Positions 10,752 through 20,974 of a stretch of DNA of 32,000 bases are shown here, in pieces. The stretch comes from Pseudomonas aeruginosa. GTDB taxonomy: Bacteria > Pseudomonadota > Gammaproteobacteria > Pseudomonadales > Pseudomonadaceae. The notes under the pieces were generated by a model that was not told where the DNA came from, did no database searches, and worked only from the letters and a program-made list of their open reading frames with translations. Numbering within the stretch: position 1 is the first letter of the stretch; each line of letters opens with the position of its first letter. The stretch spans positions 1,680,001-1,712,000 of the forward strand of contig NZ_LN831024.1 in assembly GCF_001457615.1 (NCBI RefSeq), given 5' to 3'. A program made the translations under genes and the position numbers.

Positions 10752-10775
10752 CCCCTCTCCCTTCAGGGAGAGGGG
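10752..10775. terminator. GC-rich perfect hairpin downstream of the VOC-family gene
   Basis: CCCCTCTCCC-TTCA-GGGAGAGGGG is a 10-bp perfect stem starting 18 nt beyond the stop of the 10793-11206 gene. It has no U-tract, so it may be a terminator or insulator separating that gene from the nosR promoter. Confidence 0.4.
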
Positions 10776-10792
10776 AGAGGGCTGCCCGAGGC

Positions 10793-11206
10793 TCAGGCCA
10801 GGCGTTGCCCGGATACCGCTGGATGGTACAGCGGCTGCACCTTGTTGCCCGCCGGGTCGAGCAGGTGGAAGCTGCGCGCGCCGTCGCCGTGGTCGAAGGG
10901 TTGGTCGAGCAGGGTCACGCCCAGCGCCTTCAGGTAACGGTACCAGGCCTCCAGTTCCTCCACGCTGTCGACGACGAAGCCGTAGTGATCCATGGTCTGC
11001 AGGCCGTTGCTGGCAGCGTGGGCGCGGCCGAGGGAAAGGTTGTCGTTGCCGCAGGTGAGATACACCAGGTCTTCGTTGGCGCGGTTCAGCACTTCCATGC
11101 CCAGCACGTCGACATAGAAGCGCTCGCATTCTTCCAGGTTGGGCACCAGCAGGGCGAGGTGACGCAGGCCGTTGAGGCGGGAGGGGCGGGCAGGGCGGTC
11201 GGACAT
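10793..11206 (-). CDS. VOC (glyoxalase/bleomycin-resistance/dioxygenase) family protein
   Basis: 137-aa ORF with an AAGGAAG SD. The N-terminus (LRHLALLVPNLEECERFYVDVLGMEV) is typical of the VOC fold. Confidence 0.7.
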   Translation of the reverse strand: MSDRPARPSRLNGLRHLALLVPNLEECERFYVDVLGMEVLNRANEDLVYLTCGNDNLSLGRAHAASNGLQTMDHYGFVVDSVEELEAWYRYLKALGVTLLDQPFDHGDGARSFHLLDPAGNKVQPLYHPAVSGQRLA

Positions 11207-11266
11207 GGGCTTGCTTCCTTTTTTGTATACAATAATTTTGTAAATCTAAAACAAAAGGAAGTTTCC

Positions 11267-11569
11267 GTGTACTGCATCTTTATCAAGACCCGTCTCAGGC
11301 CCGGCTGCGCCGAGGCTTTCATCGATGCCATCCAGGTCAACGCCGCCGCTTCCGTGTCCACCGAGCCCGGCTGCCTGGTGTTCGACGTTTCCCGCGACCG
11401 ACAGGACCCTGACCTGGTCTATCTCTACGAGGTCTATCGCGATGACGCGGCCTACGAGGCGCACACCCGCACCGCGCATTTCCGCGACAGCCGACCGTTG
11501 GTCGAGCCGCTGATCCTCGAACAGGAAGTCTTCGAAAGCGACGCGCTGGCGCTCAATCCGCTGCGCTGA
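11267..11569 (+). CDS. ABM-domain (antibiotic biosynthesis monooxygenase-like) protein
   Basis: GTG at 11267 lies 7 nt after AAAAGGAAG. The roughly 100-aa product (IFIKTRLRPGCAEAFIDAI, LYEVYRDDAAYEAHTRTAHF) fits the ABM ferredoxin-like fold. Confidence 0.65.
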   Translation: MYCIFIKTRLRPGCAEAFIDAIQVNAAASVSTEPGCLVFDVSRDRQDPDLVYLYEVYRDDAAYEAHTRTAHFRDSRPLVEPLILEQEVFESDALALNPLR

Positions 11570-11575
11570 GAAGGC

Positions 11576-12271
11576 TCAGTCGCCGCCGGCGACGTCCAGC
11601 ACGCGGATCAGGTCCGGGCGCGGGTAGTGCCAATGCACGTCGAGGTCCCACAGGCGCACCCCGTAGCGGCGCCCGGGCTCCGGCTTCTGGTAGGCCGGGC
11701 GTGGGTCCTGCGCCAGGCATTGCTCGATCAGCTCGGCCACCGGCTGCCGCAACCGCTGGCCGTGCTCATGGGCCTGGCGCCGCGCCTGCTCGCTCCACTC
11801 CACGGCGATGCCCGGCGGCGGCGCGTCGGCGATGCCGTTGCGGGCGTCGGCCACGGCGTCGGCGTAGGGTACGTAGGGCTTGATATCGAGTACCGGGGTG
11901 CCGTCGAGCAGGTCGATTCCGGACAGCCACAGGCGCCCCGCTTCGAAGCCCTCCAGGCGCACCACCGACTGGCCGATGCCGTTCGGCCGATGGGTGGCGC
12001 GGGTGGCGAAGACTCCCAGCGAGCGGTTGCCGCCCAGGCGCGGCGGGCGCACCTTCAGTCGCGGCTTGTCTTCCAGGGCCTGGTGGAAGAGGAACAGCAG
12101 CCAGACATGGCTGACCTGCTCCAGGCCTTCCAGCGCTTCCACCTGGTCGAACGGCGGCAGCAGTTCCAGGGTCCCCCGCGCCGCCGGCGCGAGCAGCGGC
12201 TGGCGCGGGATGGCGAACTTCTCCATGAAGCAGGAGCGGATGTAGCCGATGGGAGAAACGCTGTGGGTCAT
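11576..12271 (-). CDS. trmO: tRNA (t6A37) N6-methyltransferase TrmO (TsaA/YaeB family)
   Basis: The N-terminus (IGYIRSCFMEKFAIPRQP) and the motifs GLEQVSHVWLLFLFH and RPNGIG are characteristic of the TsaA/YaeB family. Confidence 0.7.
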   Translation of the reverse strand: MTHSVSPIGYIRSCFMEKFAIPRQPLLAPAARGTLELLPPFDQVEALEGLEQVSHVWLLFLFHQALEDKPRLKVRPPRLGGNRSLGVFATRATHRPNGIGQSVVRLEGFEAGRLWLSGIDLLDGTPVLDIKPYVPYADAVADARNGIADAPPPGIAVEWSEQARRQAHEHGQRLRQPVAELIEQCLAQDPRPAYQKPEPGRRYGVRLWDLDVHWHYPRPDLIRVLDVAGGD

Positions 12272-12323
12272 GGCGGGACGAGGCGAGCGGTCGGGGGCGT
12301 CATGTTACCCGGATTGGTGGCGC

Positions 12324-13094
12324 TCAGAGATGAAAACCGCCGTCGATGGGGATCACGTTGCCGGTCATGTAGGCGCCGGCGGTGCCGGCCAGGCTGATCG
12401 CCAGCGCCGCCATCTCCTCCGGGCGACCCCAGCGGCCCATGGGAATCGACGCGCTGTCCGCCTCCAGTGCCTGCGGGTCATTGGCGATGTGACGGGTCAT
12501 GCGGCTCGGAAAGCGTCCGGGAGCGATCACATTGACATTGATGTGCTCGCCGACCAGTTCCTTCGCCAGCATCCGCGACAGTTGATGCAGCGCGGCCTTG
12601 CTCGGCCCGTAGGCATAGGCTTGTTCGCCCATGGCGCTGATGCCCGCCACCGAGCCGATGTTGATCACCCGCGCCGGGTTCTCCGCGCTGGCCGAGCGGC
12701 GCAGCAGCGGCAGCAGTTGCTGGATGCAGGAAAACACCGAGGTGACATTGAGCTGCATGACCTTTTCCCAGCCGGACACCGGATAGCTTTCCAGCGCTGC
12801 GCCCCAACTGGTGCCGGCGTTGTTCACCAGGATATCCAGCCGCGCGCTGAGTCCGCCGAGCGCCTCCGCCAGGCGCCGGGCACCGGCTTCGCTGGAAAGG
12901 TCGGCGGGGATCGCCTGGCAGTCGCCGTAGGCCGAGAGGCGTGTGGCGGTGTCGGCGCAGGCCTCTGCGTCACGTGCGCAGATGAAGACGCGGGCGCCGG
13001 CTTCGAGAAGACCCTGGGCGATCATCTGGCCGATGCCGCGGCTGCCGCCGGTGACCAGGGCGACGCGACCGGCGAGACTGAAATAGGGATGCAT
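12324..13094 (-). CDS. rhlG: Short-chain dehydrogenase/reductase, NADPH-dependent beta-ketoacyl reductase RhlG
   Basis: SDR motifs are present: TGGSRGIG, NNAG and the YxxxK motif YAYGPSK. The sequence and its position next to amrZ match my recollection of P. aeruginosa RhlG. Confidence 0.75.
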   Translation of the reverse strand: MHPYFSLAGRVALVTGGSRGIGQMIAQGLLEAGARVFICARDAEACADTATRLSAYGDCQAIPADLSSEAGARRLAEALGGLSARLDILVNNAGTSWGAALESYPVSGWEKVMQLNVTSVFSCIQQLLPLLRRSASAENPARVINIGSVAGISAMGEQAYAYGPSKAALHQLSRMLAKELVGEHINVNVIAPGRFPSRMTRHIANDPQALEADSASIPMGRWGRPEEMAALAISLAGTAGAYMTGNVIPIDGGFHL

Positions 13095-13191
13095 GGGAAT
13101 GACTCCGGGCTGGGCAGGGGAGACCAGCCTACGATTCGCCTCGCTGCCGGCGCAGCATTATCCAGGTACGGAATGACGTGGCATCCGTGGC

Positions 13192-13557
13192 TCAGCGGCT
13201 ACCGCGGCGATGCAACAGATACAGGTAGACGATCAGGTTGAGCAGCAGAACGATGGCGCCAAGGATCCACTGCACCGCCGGGGTCAGGCCGGCGGGATAG
13301 ATCAGCGGCAACAGGTAGTGCTCGACGAAGCCGCCGCTGTAGCCGGCGTCCCCGGCGGCCCGGCGCAGACGATTCTCCAGCGGGGTCAGCGGACAGGGCA
13401 GGCCGAGAAACTCCACCGCGCAGCCCCAGGCCACCGCCGGCAGGTGCAGCCAGGCCAGGCGTGGCCAGCGCAACGGCAGCAGGCCGCCGAACAGGACGAA
13501 CAGGATGAAGCCCAGGTGCAGCCAGACCAGGGCATCGGCGGCCAGGCGATAGCTCAT
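13192..13557 (-). CDS. Small integral membrane protein (DUF2784-like)
   Basis: 121-aa ORF with four predicted hydrophobic helices. High GC3 is consistent with a real gene. Confidence 0.6.
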   Translation of the reverse strand: MSYRLAADALVWLHLGFILFVLFGGLLPLRWPRLAWLHLPAVAWGCAVEFLGLPCPLTPLENRLRRAAGDAGYSGGFVEHYLLPLIYPAGLTPAVQWILGAIVLLLNLIVYLYLLHRRGSR

Positions 13558-13651
13558 TCGGCTCTCCCTCGTGGCGTTGGAGGGATAACGCCACCGCTAC
13601 AGGGGCCGGCGGATAACCGCCTTGCGGTTACTCGCCCATGGTTTGGCCATC

Positions 13652-13681
13652 CATAAAGAAAAAGCCGGCGAATGCCGGCCA
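13652..13681 (-). terminator. Rho-independent terminator of amrZ
   Basis: On the minus strand: GCCGGC-ATTC-GCCGGC followed by TTTTTCTTTAT, about 30 nt after the amrZ stop. Confidence 0.7.
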
Positions 13682-13710
13682 TTTCAAGCGCTACGCGTGG
13701 GCTTCGGCGC

Positions 13711-14037
13711 TCAGGCCTGGGCCAGCTCCGCATCGTGTGCGATCAGGGCGACCAGCGCGTTCTGCTGACGGTGGGTCAGCTGGCGGAAACGCTGCAGCAG
13801 CTCGCGCTCGTGCAGGCTGAGTTCCGGGCTGTCCAGGCGAACACCGAGATTGTCTTGCAGCGCCCCTTCCTGGAGCAGGCTCTGCTCGAGTCGGGCGATG
13901 ATCTCGGAGTTCATGCTGCGGTGATGGCTGCGAGCGACTTCTGCGATCTGCTCACGCATGCCCTCGGGCAGACGAACGACGAATTTGTCAGCGGTACGGC
14001 TGGAGTAGGTAGGAGTTGCCTGTTTCAGTGGGCGCAT
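13711..14037 (-). CDS. amrZ: Ribbon-helix-helix (Arc family) global regulator AmrZ (AlgZ)
   Basis: The 108-aa product ([54 protein letters not shown]) matches my recollection of AmrZ, including the RHH core. Confidence 0.9.
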
Positions 14038-14153
14038 ACATTGAACCTGTAGAGTCAGGGAAAAGCGGTGCCGAGGAAGCGTTCATTGTTCTCGGGCCTA
14101 TGACCACGATTTCCGCTAGCCGTTCAGTCTGTTATTTCGGAAACAACAATTAG

Positions 14154-14193
14154 TTGACGTCAATTGTGCGTTGCGTGCCGGCGTTTTGCCAGT
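14154..14193. promoter_or_regulatory. Candidate operators upstream of amrZ: a 10-bp palindrome and an AmrZ-site-like sequence
   Basis: Perfect palindrome TTGACGTCAA at 14154-14163. CCGGCGTTTTGCCAGT at 14178-14193 has the reverse complement ACTGGCAAAACGCCGG, which resembles the amrZ1 autorepression site as I remember it. This recollection is unverified. Confidence 0.4.
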
Positions 14194-14285
14194 ACCAGCT
14201 ATCTGAAATGCGAGCGATTCAGCAAAAGCCTAGTTTTTTACTGGGGGTTGGATGATGGCCTTCTGACCACCGGTCGTTCAAGGGA

Positions 14286-14314
14286 TTGTCACTCGACTGT
14301 CATCGTCACTTCAC
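14286..14314 (+). promoter_or_regulatory. Pho box (PhoB binding site) of the phn operon promoter
   Basis: TTGTCAC-TCGA-CTGTCAT-CGTC-ACTTCAC gives 7-bp direct repeats at 11-bp periodicity matching CTGTCAT-N4-CTGTCAT. It lies 84-112 bp upstream of the phnC ATG. Confidence 0.75.
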
Positions 14315-14397
14315 CGGGCTGACACAGTCTCCTTCTATCTTGGTCTACACCAGATGGCGCCGCTGGCGTCTTCGTGCAACCGATTGGAGGGAGAACG

Positions 14398-15234
<837 letters not shown>

Positions 15235-15286
15235 CGTCATTCGAACCGCATAAAAACCCGCCAAACCCTGCCCAGGAGTTCTCTCC

Positions 15287-16291
15287 ATGTTGAAACGCTT
15301 CAGTCGTGTGCTCGCGGCTTCCGCCCTGCTCGCCGGCTCCCTTGCCGGGATGGCGCACGCCGACCAGCCGGTGATCAATTTCGGGATCATCTCCACCGAG
15401 TCGTCGCAGAACCTCAAGAGCATCTGGGAACCCTTCCTCAAGGACATGAGCCAGCAGACCGGCTACCAGGTGAAGGCCTTCTTCGCCCCCGACTACGCCG
15501 GGATCATCCAGGGCATGCGTTTCGACAAGGTCGACATCGCCTGGTACGGCAACAAGGCCGCCATGGAAGCGGTGGATCGCGCCCACGGCGAGATCTTCGC
15601 CCAGACCGTCGCCGCCAGTGGCGCGCCGGGCTACTGGAGCCTGCTGATCGCCAACAAGGACAGCAAGATCGACAGCCTCGAGGACATGTTGGCGAACGCC
15701 AAGAGCCTGACCTTCGGCAACGGCGATCCGAACTCCACGTCCGGCTACCTGGTGCCCGGCTACTACGTGTTCGCCAAGAACAACGTCGACCCGGTCAAGG
15801 CCTTCAAGCGCACCCTCAACTCCAGCCATGAGGTCAACGCCCTGGCGGTGGCCAACAAGCAGGTCGACGTCGCCACCTTCAATACCGAGGGCATGGAGCG
15901 CCTGGAATTGACCCAGCCGGAGAAGGCCAGGCAGCTCAAGGTGATCTGGAAGTCGCCGCTGATCCCGGGCGACCCGCTGGTGTGGCGCAACAACCTGAGC
16001 GACGAGCAGAAGAACAAGCTGCGCGACTTCTTCTTCAAGTACGGCGCCAACGCCGAGCAGAAGAAGGTCCTCGCCGACCTGCAATGGTCGAAGTTCCAGC
16101 CCTCCGACGACGACCAGTTGCTGCCGATCCGCCAGCTCGAGCTGTTCAAGCAGCGCACCGACGTGGCGAACAACGCCAACCTCGGCGCCGAAGAGAAGGC
16201 CGCCAAGCTGAAGGCCCTCGACGAGGAGCTGGCCAAGCTGGAGAAACGCATGGCCGAGCGCGAGCAGAAAACCGCCGCCAACGCCGGCTGA
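15287..16291 (+). CDS. phnD: Phosphonate ABC transporter periplasmic binding protein
   Basis: Signal peptide ([12 protein letters not shown]). It has a PhnD-type binding protein sequence and sits in the operon position between phnC and phnE. Confidence 0.9.
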   Translation: MLKRFSRVLAASALLAGSLAGMAHADQPVINFGIISTESSQNLKSIWEPFLKDMSQQTGYQVKAFFAPDYAGIIQGMRFDKVDIAWYGNKAAMEAVDRAHGEIFAQTVAASGAPGYWSLLIANKDSKIDSLEDMLANAKSLTFGNGDPNSTSGYLVPGYYVFAKNNVDPVKAFKRTLNSSHEVNALAVANKQVDVATFNTEGMERLELTQPEKARQLKVIWKSPLIPGDPLVWRNNLSDEQKNKLRDFFFKYGANAEQKKVLADLQWSKFQPSDDDQLLPIRQLELFKQRTDVANNANLGAEEKAAKLKALDEELAKLEKRMAEREQKTAANAG

Positions 16292-16358
16292 TCCACCCCG
16301 GGCGCGGCCGGCGCCGCGCCCCACCCGATTCGCCAATACCGCTGTCGAGATTCCCGAT

Positions 16359-17153
16359 ATGAGCACTCTGAGCACCACTGCCGCGGCGGCCGCCACCGGC
16401 AAGCCATCCTGGGGACGCCTGGTCGGCTGGGGCCTGTTCCTCGCCATCCTCGCCTGGTCCTGGAAGGGCGCGGAAATGAACCCGGCCGTGCTGTTCCGCG
16501 ACGCCGGCAACATGGCGACCTTCGCCGCCGACTTCTTCCCGCCGGACTTCGGCAACTGGAAGCTCTACCTCAGCGAGATGCTGGTCACCGTGCAGATCGC
16601 CCTCTGGGGCACGGTGCTGGCGATCGTCTGCGCCATCCCGCTGTCGATCCTGGCTTCCGAGAACATCGTGCCCTGGTGGGTCTACCAGCCGGTGCGGCGG
16701 GTGATGGATGCCTGCCGTTCGATCAACGAGATGGTCTTCGCCATGCTCTTCGTGGTCGCCGTCGGCCTGGGCCCGTTCGCCGGCGTGCTGGCGCTGTTCA
16801 TCAGTACCACCGGGGTGCTCGCCAAGCTCTTCGCCGAGGCGGTCGAGGCGATCGACCCCGGTCCGGTCGAAGGCGTCCGCGCCACCGGTGCCAGCGCCCT
16901 GCAGGAGGTCATCTTCGGGGTCATCCCGCAGGTCCTGCCGCTGTGGATCTCCTATTCGCTGTACCGCTTCGAGTCCAACGTACGTTCCGCCACCGTGGTC
17001 GGGATGGTCGGCGCCGGCGGCATCGGCGTGATCCTCTGGGAGGCCATCCGCGGCTTCCAGTTCGGCCAGACCTGCGCCGTGCTGATCGTGATCATCGTGG
17101 TGGTGAGCCTGATCGACGTTCTGTCACAACGCCTGCGCAAGCTGTTCATCTGA
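16359..17153 (+). CDS. phnE: Phosphonate ABC transporter permease
   Basis: Polytopic membrane protein with an EAA-like loop ([15 protein letters not shown]). The frame is intact. Confidence 0.9.
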   Translation: MSTLSTTAAAAATGKPSWGRLVGWGLFLAILAWSWKGAEMNPAVLFRDAGNMATFAADFFPPDFGNWKLYLSEMLVTVQIALWGTVLAIVCAIPLSILASENIVPWWVYQPVRRVMDACRSINEMVFAMLFVVAVGLGPFAGVLALFISTTGVLAKLFAEAVEAIDPGPVEGVRATGASALQEVIFGVIPQVLPLWISYSLYRFESNVRSATVVGMVGAGGIGVILWEAIRGFQFGQTCAVLIVIIVVVSLIDVLSQRLRKLFI

Positions 17154-17173
17154 CGACGCGAGGAGGGCGCCTG

Positions 17174-17896
17174 GTGCGCCCTTTCCAAACCATGCACTTG
17201 TCTAGACAAAGCGAACCGCTGTACCGCGAACTGGCCGAACGGCTGCGCCAGGAACTGCTGGCCTACCGCCCCGGCGACTACCTGCCCGGCGAGATCCAGC
17301 TGGCCCAGCGCTTCGCGGTGAACCGCCATACCCTGCGCCGGGCGCTCGACGAACTGGTGCTCGAAGGCCGCGTGCTGCGGCGCCAGGGCAAGGGCACCCA
17401 GGTCCTGGAGGCGCCGACGATCTACCCGATGGGCGCCGCCAACGCCTACACCGAGTCGCTCTCGGCCCAGGGCCACCGGGTCGAGGCCCGGCTGCTGGAG
17501 GCGCGCCAGCGTCCGGCCGGCGCCGCCGAGGCCACCCACCTGGGGATCGGCGAGGGCGGGCGGGTGCTGGAAGTGACCACCCTGCGTTACCTCGACGGAC
17601 AGCCAGTGAGCCTGATCCGCCATTGCTACGCCGTTTCCCGCAGCGAGCTGCTCGCCGACTACCAGGGCGGTTCGCTGCGTCGCTACCTGGCCGACAAAGG
17701 CCTGCCGCTGACCCGCACCTACAGCCTGATCGGTGCGCGCCTGCCCAATCGCGAGGAGGCGGCGCGCCTGCTGATGCCCCGCCATGCGCCGTTGCTCACC
17801 GTCCTCACCCTGTCCCGCGACCGTACCGGCCAACCGGTGGAACTGGCCCAGTCGATCAGCCGCGCCGATCGCTTCCAGTACCAGGTCGCCCCCTAG
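17174..17896 (+). CDS. phnF: GntR/HutC-family repressor of the phn operon
   Basis: N-terminal wHTH (PLYRELAERLRQELLAYRPGDYLPGEIQLAQRFAVNRHTLRRAL) plus a UTRA-like C-terminal domain. The start is either GTG at 17174 (after GGAGGG) or ATG at 17192. Confidence 0.85.
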   Translation: MRPFQTMHLSRQSEPLYRELAERLRQELLAYRPGDYLPGEIQLAQRFAVNRHTLRRALDELVLEGRVLRRQGKGTQVLEAPTIYPMGAANAYTESLSAQGHRVEARLLEARQRPAGAAEATHLGIGEGGRVLEVTTLRYLDGQPVSLIRHCYAVSRSELLADYQGGSLRRYLADKGLPLTRTYSLIGARLPNREEAARLLMPRHAPLLTVLTLSRDRTGQPVELAQSISRADRFQYQVAP

Positions 17897-17905
17897 GAGA
17901 AGCCC

Positions 17906-18364
17906 ATGACCGCCTTGCATTCCGATCCCACCATCGCCGCACGACAGCGCTGGATGGGCGTGCTCGCCCGCGCCCGTCGCGAGGAGCTGGACGCCCATGC
18001 GGACGCCCTGCGCGATGCCGACTATCACCTGCTGCGCGCCGCCGAGACCGGCATGACCCTGGTGCGCGGACGCATGGGCGGCACCGGCAGCCCGTTCAAC
18101 CTCGGCGAGATGACCGTGACCCGCTGCGTGGTGCGGCTCGGTGACGGACGCACCGGCTACAGCTATGTCGCCGGGCGCGACAAGCGCCACGCCGAACTGG
18201 CCGCCCTGGCCGACGCGCACCTGCAGGGCGCCGACGCGGCGGCCTGGCAGGCGCGCCTGATCGAACCGCTGGCCCGCACCCAGGCCGAGCGCCGCGCCGC
18301 CCAGGAGGCGGAAATCGCCACTACCAAGGTGGAGTTCTTCACCCTGGTCCGAGGAGAAGATTGA
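17906..18364 (+). CDS. phnG: C-P lyase core complex subunit PhnG
   Basis: 152-aa ORF in the conserved operon position. Its stop overlaps the phnH start (TGATG). Confidence 0.85.
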   Translation: MTALHSDPTIAARQRWMGVLARARREELDAHADALRDADYHLLRAAETGMTLVRGRMGGTGSPFNLGEMTVTRCVVRLGDGRTGYSYVAGRDKRHAELAALADAHLQGADAAAWQARLIEPLARTQAERRAAQEAEIATTKVEFFTLVRGED

Positions 18365-18993
18365 TGACCAGCGCTTCGCTTCCCAGCCCGGCGGATACCG
18401 CCGCGCTATTGCAACCGGCGTTCCAGGACCCGGTCCTGGATGCCCAGCGGAGTTTCCGCGCGGCGCTCAAGGCCCTCGCCGAACCGGGGCTGGTGCGCAA
18501 CCTCGACCGCGCACCGGCGCTGGCCGCGTTGCAACCGGCCAGCTACGCGCTGTGCCTGAGCTTCCTCGACTCCGACACCCCGCTGTGGCTGGCGCCGGGT
18601 CTCGACAGCCCGACGTTGCGCGCCAACCTGGCCTTCCATTGCGGCTGCCCGATCGTCGCCGAGCGTGAGCAGGCGCTGTTCGCCTTGCTCGACGAAGGCG
18701 AGCTGGACGACCTGAGCGGCTTCGACAGCGGCAGCGACCGTTATCCGGACCAGTCCTGCACCCTGCTGATCCAGCTTGCCGGCCTCGATGGCGGCGCCTC
18801 GCTGGAGTGGCGCGGACCGGGCATCGCCGAAGTGCGCCAGGTGGCGTTGCCGGTGAGCGCCGGGTTCTGGGCACAGCGCGCCGCACGCACCGAATTCCCC
18901 AGGGGCCTGGATGCCTTCTTCGCCGCCGGCGAGCGCATCCTCGGCCTGCCACGCAGTACCCGGGTCAGCGAACCCGTCGAGGAGGTGGCCTGA
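18364..18993 (+). CDS. phnH: C-P lyase core complex subunit PhnH
   Basis: ATG at 18364. It is in the operon position and is translationally coupled on both sides. Confidence 0.85.
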   Translation: MTSASLPSPADTAALLQPAFQDPVLDAQRSFRAALKALAEPGLVRNLDRAPALAALQPASYALCLSFLDSDTPLWLAPGLDSPTLRANLAFHCGCPIVAEREQALFALLDEGELDDLSGFDSGSDRYPDQSCTLLIQLAGLDGGASLEWRGPGIAEVRQVALPVSAGFWAQRAARTEFPRGLDAFFAAGERILGLPRSTRVSEPVEEVA

Positions 18994-20093
18994 TGTACGT
19001 AGCCGTCAAGGGTGGCGAGAAGGCCATCGACAACGCCCATCGCCTGCTGGCGCACAAGCGCCGCGGCGATACCGCGCTGCCGGAGCTGTCGGTGGAGCAG
19101 ATCCGCCAGCAGATGCCGCTGGCCGTGTCGCGGGTGATGACCGAGGGTTCGCTGTACGACGAGCAACTGGCGGCACTGGCGATCAAGCAGGCGGCCGGCG
19201 ACCTGATGGAAGCGATCTTCCTTCTCCGCGCCTACCGCACCACGCTGCCGCGCTTCGCCGCCAGCCTGCCGCTGGACACCGCCGGGATGCGTCTGCAACG
19301 ACGGATCTCGGCGACCTACAAGGACCTGCCGGGCGGGCAACTGCTCGGTCCGACCTTCGACTATACCCATCGCCTGCTCGACTTCAGCCTGCTCGCCGAG
19401 GGCGACTACCCCGGCCCCGAAGTGGAGCGGGGCGCGTCCCTGGAGCCTTGTCCGCGCGTGCTCGGCCTGCTCGACCGGGAAGGCCTGATGACGCCGGAGT
19501 ACGAGCTGCCCGGCGCGGTGCCGGATATCACCCGCGAGCCGCTCGACTTCCCCACCGGCCGCGCCCAGCGCCTGCAGGCCCTGGCCCGCGGCGACGAGGG
19601 CTTCCTTCTCGCCCTGGGCTATTCGACCCAGCGCGGCTACGGCCGCAACCATCCGTTTGCCGGGGAGATCCGCATCGGCGCCTGCGAGGTCTGGCTGGAG
19701 CCCGAGGAACTCGGCTTCGCGGTGCCGGTGGGCGAGATCGAGGTCACCGAGTGCGAGATGGTCAACCAGTTCGTCGGTTCCCGCGAGGAACTGCCGCAAT
19801 TCACCCGTGGCTACGGCCTGGCCTTCGGCTACGCCGAGCGCAAGGCGATGGGCATGGCCCTGGTCGACCGCGCCCTGCGCGCCGAGGAATACGGCGAGGA
19901 GGTGGTGTCGCCGGCGCAGCAGGAAGAGTTCGTCCTGATGCACTGCGACAACGTCGAGGCCGGCGGCTTCGTCTCGCACCTGAAGCTGCCGCACTACGTC
20001 GATTTCCAGTCCGAGCTGGAGCTGATTCGCAAGCTGCGTCGTCCCGGCGTCGCCGAATCCGCGCAACCCACTGACCAGGAGAAGCGCGCATGA
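18993..20093 (+). CDS. phnI: C-P lyase core complex subunit PhnI
   Basis: ATG at 18993 overlaps the phnH TGA. The N-terminus MYVAVKGGEKAIDNAHRLL is typical of PhnI. Confidence 0.9.
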   Translation: MYVAVKGGEKAIDNAHRLLAHKRRGDTALPELSVEQIRQQMPLAVSRVMTEGSLYDEQLAALAIKQAAGDLMEAIFLLRAYRTTLPRFAASLPLDTAGMRLQRRISATYKDLPGGQLLGPTFDYTHRLLDFSLLAEGDYPGPEVERGASLEPCPRVLGLLDREGLMTPEYELPGAVPDITREPLDFPTGRAQRLQALARGDEGFLLALGYSTQRGYGRNHPFAGEIRIGACEVWLEPEELGFAVPVGEIEVTECEMVNQFVGSREELPQFTRGYGLAFGYAERKAMGMALVDRALRAEEYGEEVVSPAQQEEFVLMHCDNVEAGGFVSHLKLPHYVDFQSELELIRKLRRPGVAESAQPTDQEKRA

Positions 20094-20974
20094 GCCTTTC
20101 CCCGCAAGCCAGCGCCGCGCCGGAGCAGGGCTACAACTTCGCCTACCTCGACGAGCAGACCAAGCGCATGATCCGCCGCGGCCTGCTCAAGGCGGTGGCG
20201 ATCCCCGGCTACCAGGTGCCCTTCGGCGGCCGCGAGATGCCGCTGCCCTACGGCTGGGGCACCGGCGGCATGCAGGTGACCGCGGCCATCCTCGGTGCCG
20301 ACGACGTGCTCAAGGTGATCGACCAGGGCGCCGACGACACCACCAACGCGGTATCCATCCGGCGTTTCTTCGCCCGCACCGCCGGGGTCGCCACCACCGA
20401 ACGGACCCCGGAGGCGACGGTGATCCAGACCCGCCACCGGATACCGGAAACCGCCCTGAGCGGCGAGCAGATCATGGTCTACCAGGTGCCGATCCCCGAG
20501 CCGCTGCGCTTCATCGAGCCTTCCGAGGCGGAGACCCGGACCATGCATGCGCTCGACGACTACGGGGTGATGCACGTGAAGCTCTACGAGGACATCGCCA
20601 CCTTCGGCCATATCGCCACCAGCTATGCCTACCCGGTGACGGTGGACGAGCGCTACGTGATGGATCCCTCGCCAATTCCCAAGTTCGACAACCCCAAGCT
20701 GGACATGAGCCCGGCGCTGATGCTGTTCGGCGCCGGTCGCGAGAAACGCCTGTACGCGGTACCGCCGTTCACCCGGGTGGCGAGCCTGGACTTCGAGGAC
20801 CACCCCTTCGAAGTCCAGCGCTGGGAAGAAAGCTGCGCCTTCTGCGGCAGCCACGAGTCCTACCTGGACGAACTGATCGTCGACGACCGTGGCGGCAAGC
20901 GCTTCGTCTGTTCCGACACCGATTACTGCACGCAGCGGCGTGCCTGCCAGGAAGAAGGGGAGGACGCGCAATGA
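20090..20974 (+). CDS. phnJ: C-P lyase catalytic subunit PhnJ (radical SAM-type 4Fe-4S)
   Basis: The motif YNFAYLDEQTKRMIRR and the C-terminal Cys cluster (CAFCGS, CSDTDYC) are present. ATGA overlaps occur at both ends. Confidence 0.9.
   Translation: MSLSPQASAAPEQGYNFAYLDEQTKRMIRRGLLKAVAIPGYQVPFGGREMPLPYGWGTGGMQVTAAILGADDVLKVIDQGADDTTNAVSIRRFFARTAGVATTERTPEATVIQTRHRIPETALSGEQIMVYQVPIPEPLRFIEPSEAETRTMHALDDYGVMHVKLYEDIATFGHIATSYAYPVTVDERYVMDPSPIPKFDNPKLDMSPALMLFGAGREKRLYAVPPFTRVASLDFEDHPFEVQRWEESCAFCGSHESYLDELIVDDRGGKRFVCSDTDYCTQRRACQEEGEDAQ

Noticed and set aside
16150-16291. Lys/Glu/Ala-rich, coiled-coil-like C-terminal tail of PhnD as an unusual extension
   Set aside because: As far as I recall, PhnD homologues including the E. 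coli protein carry a similar charged helical tail. It is probably a normal family feature.
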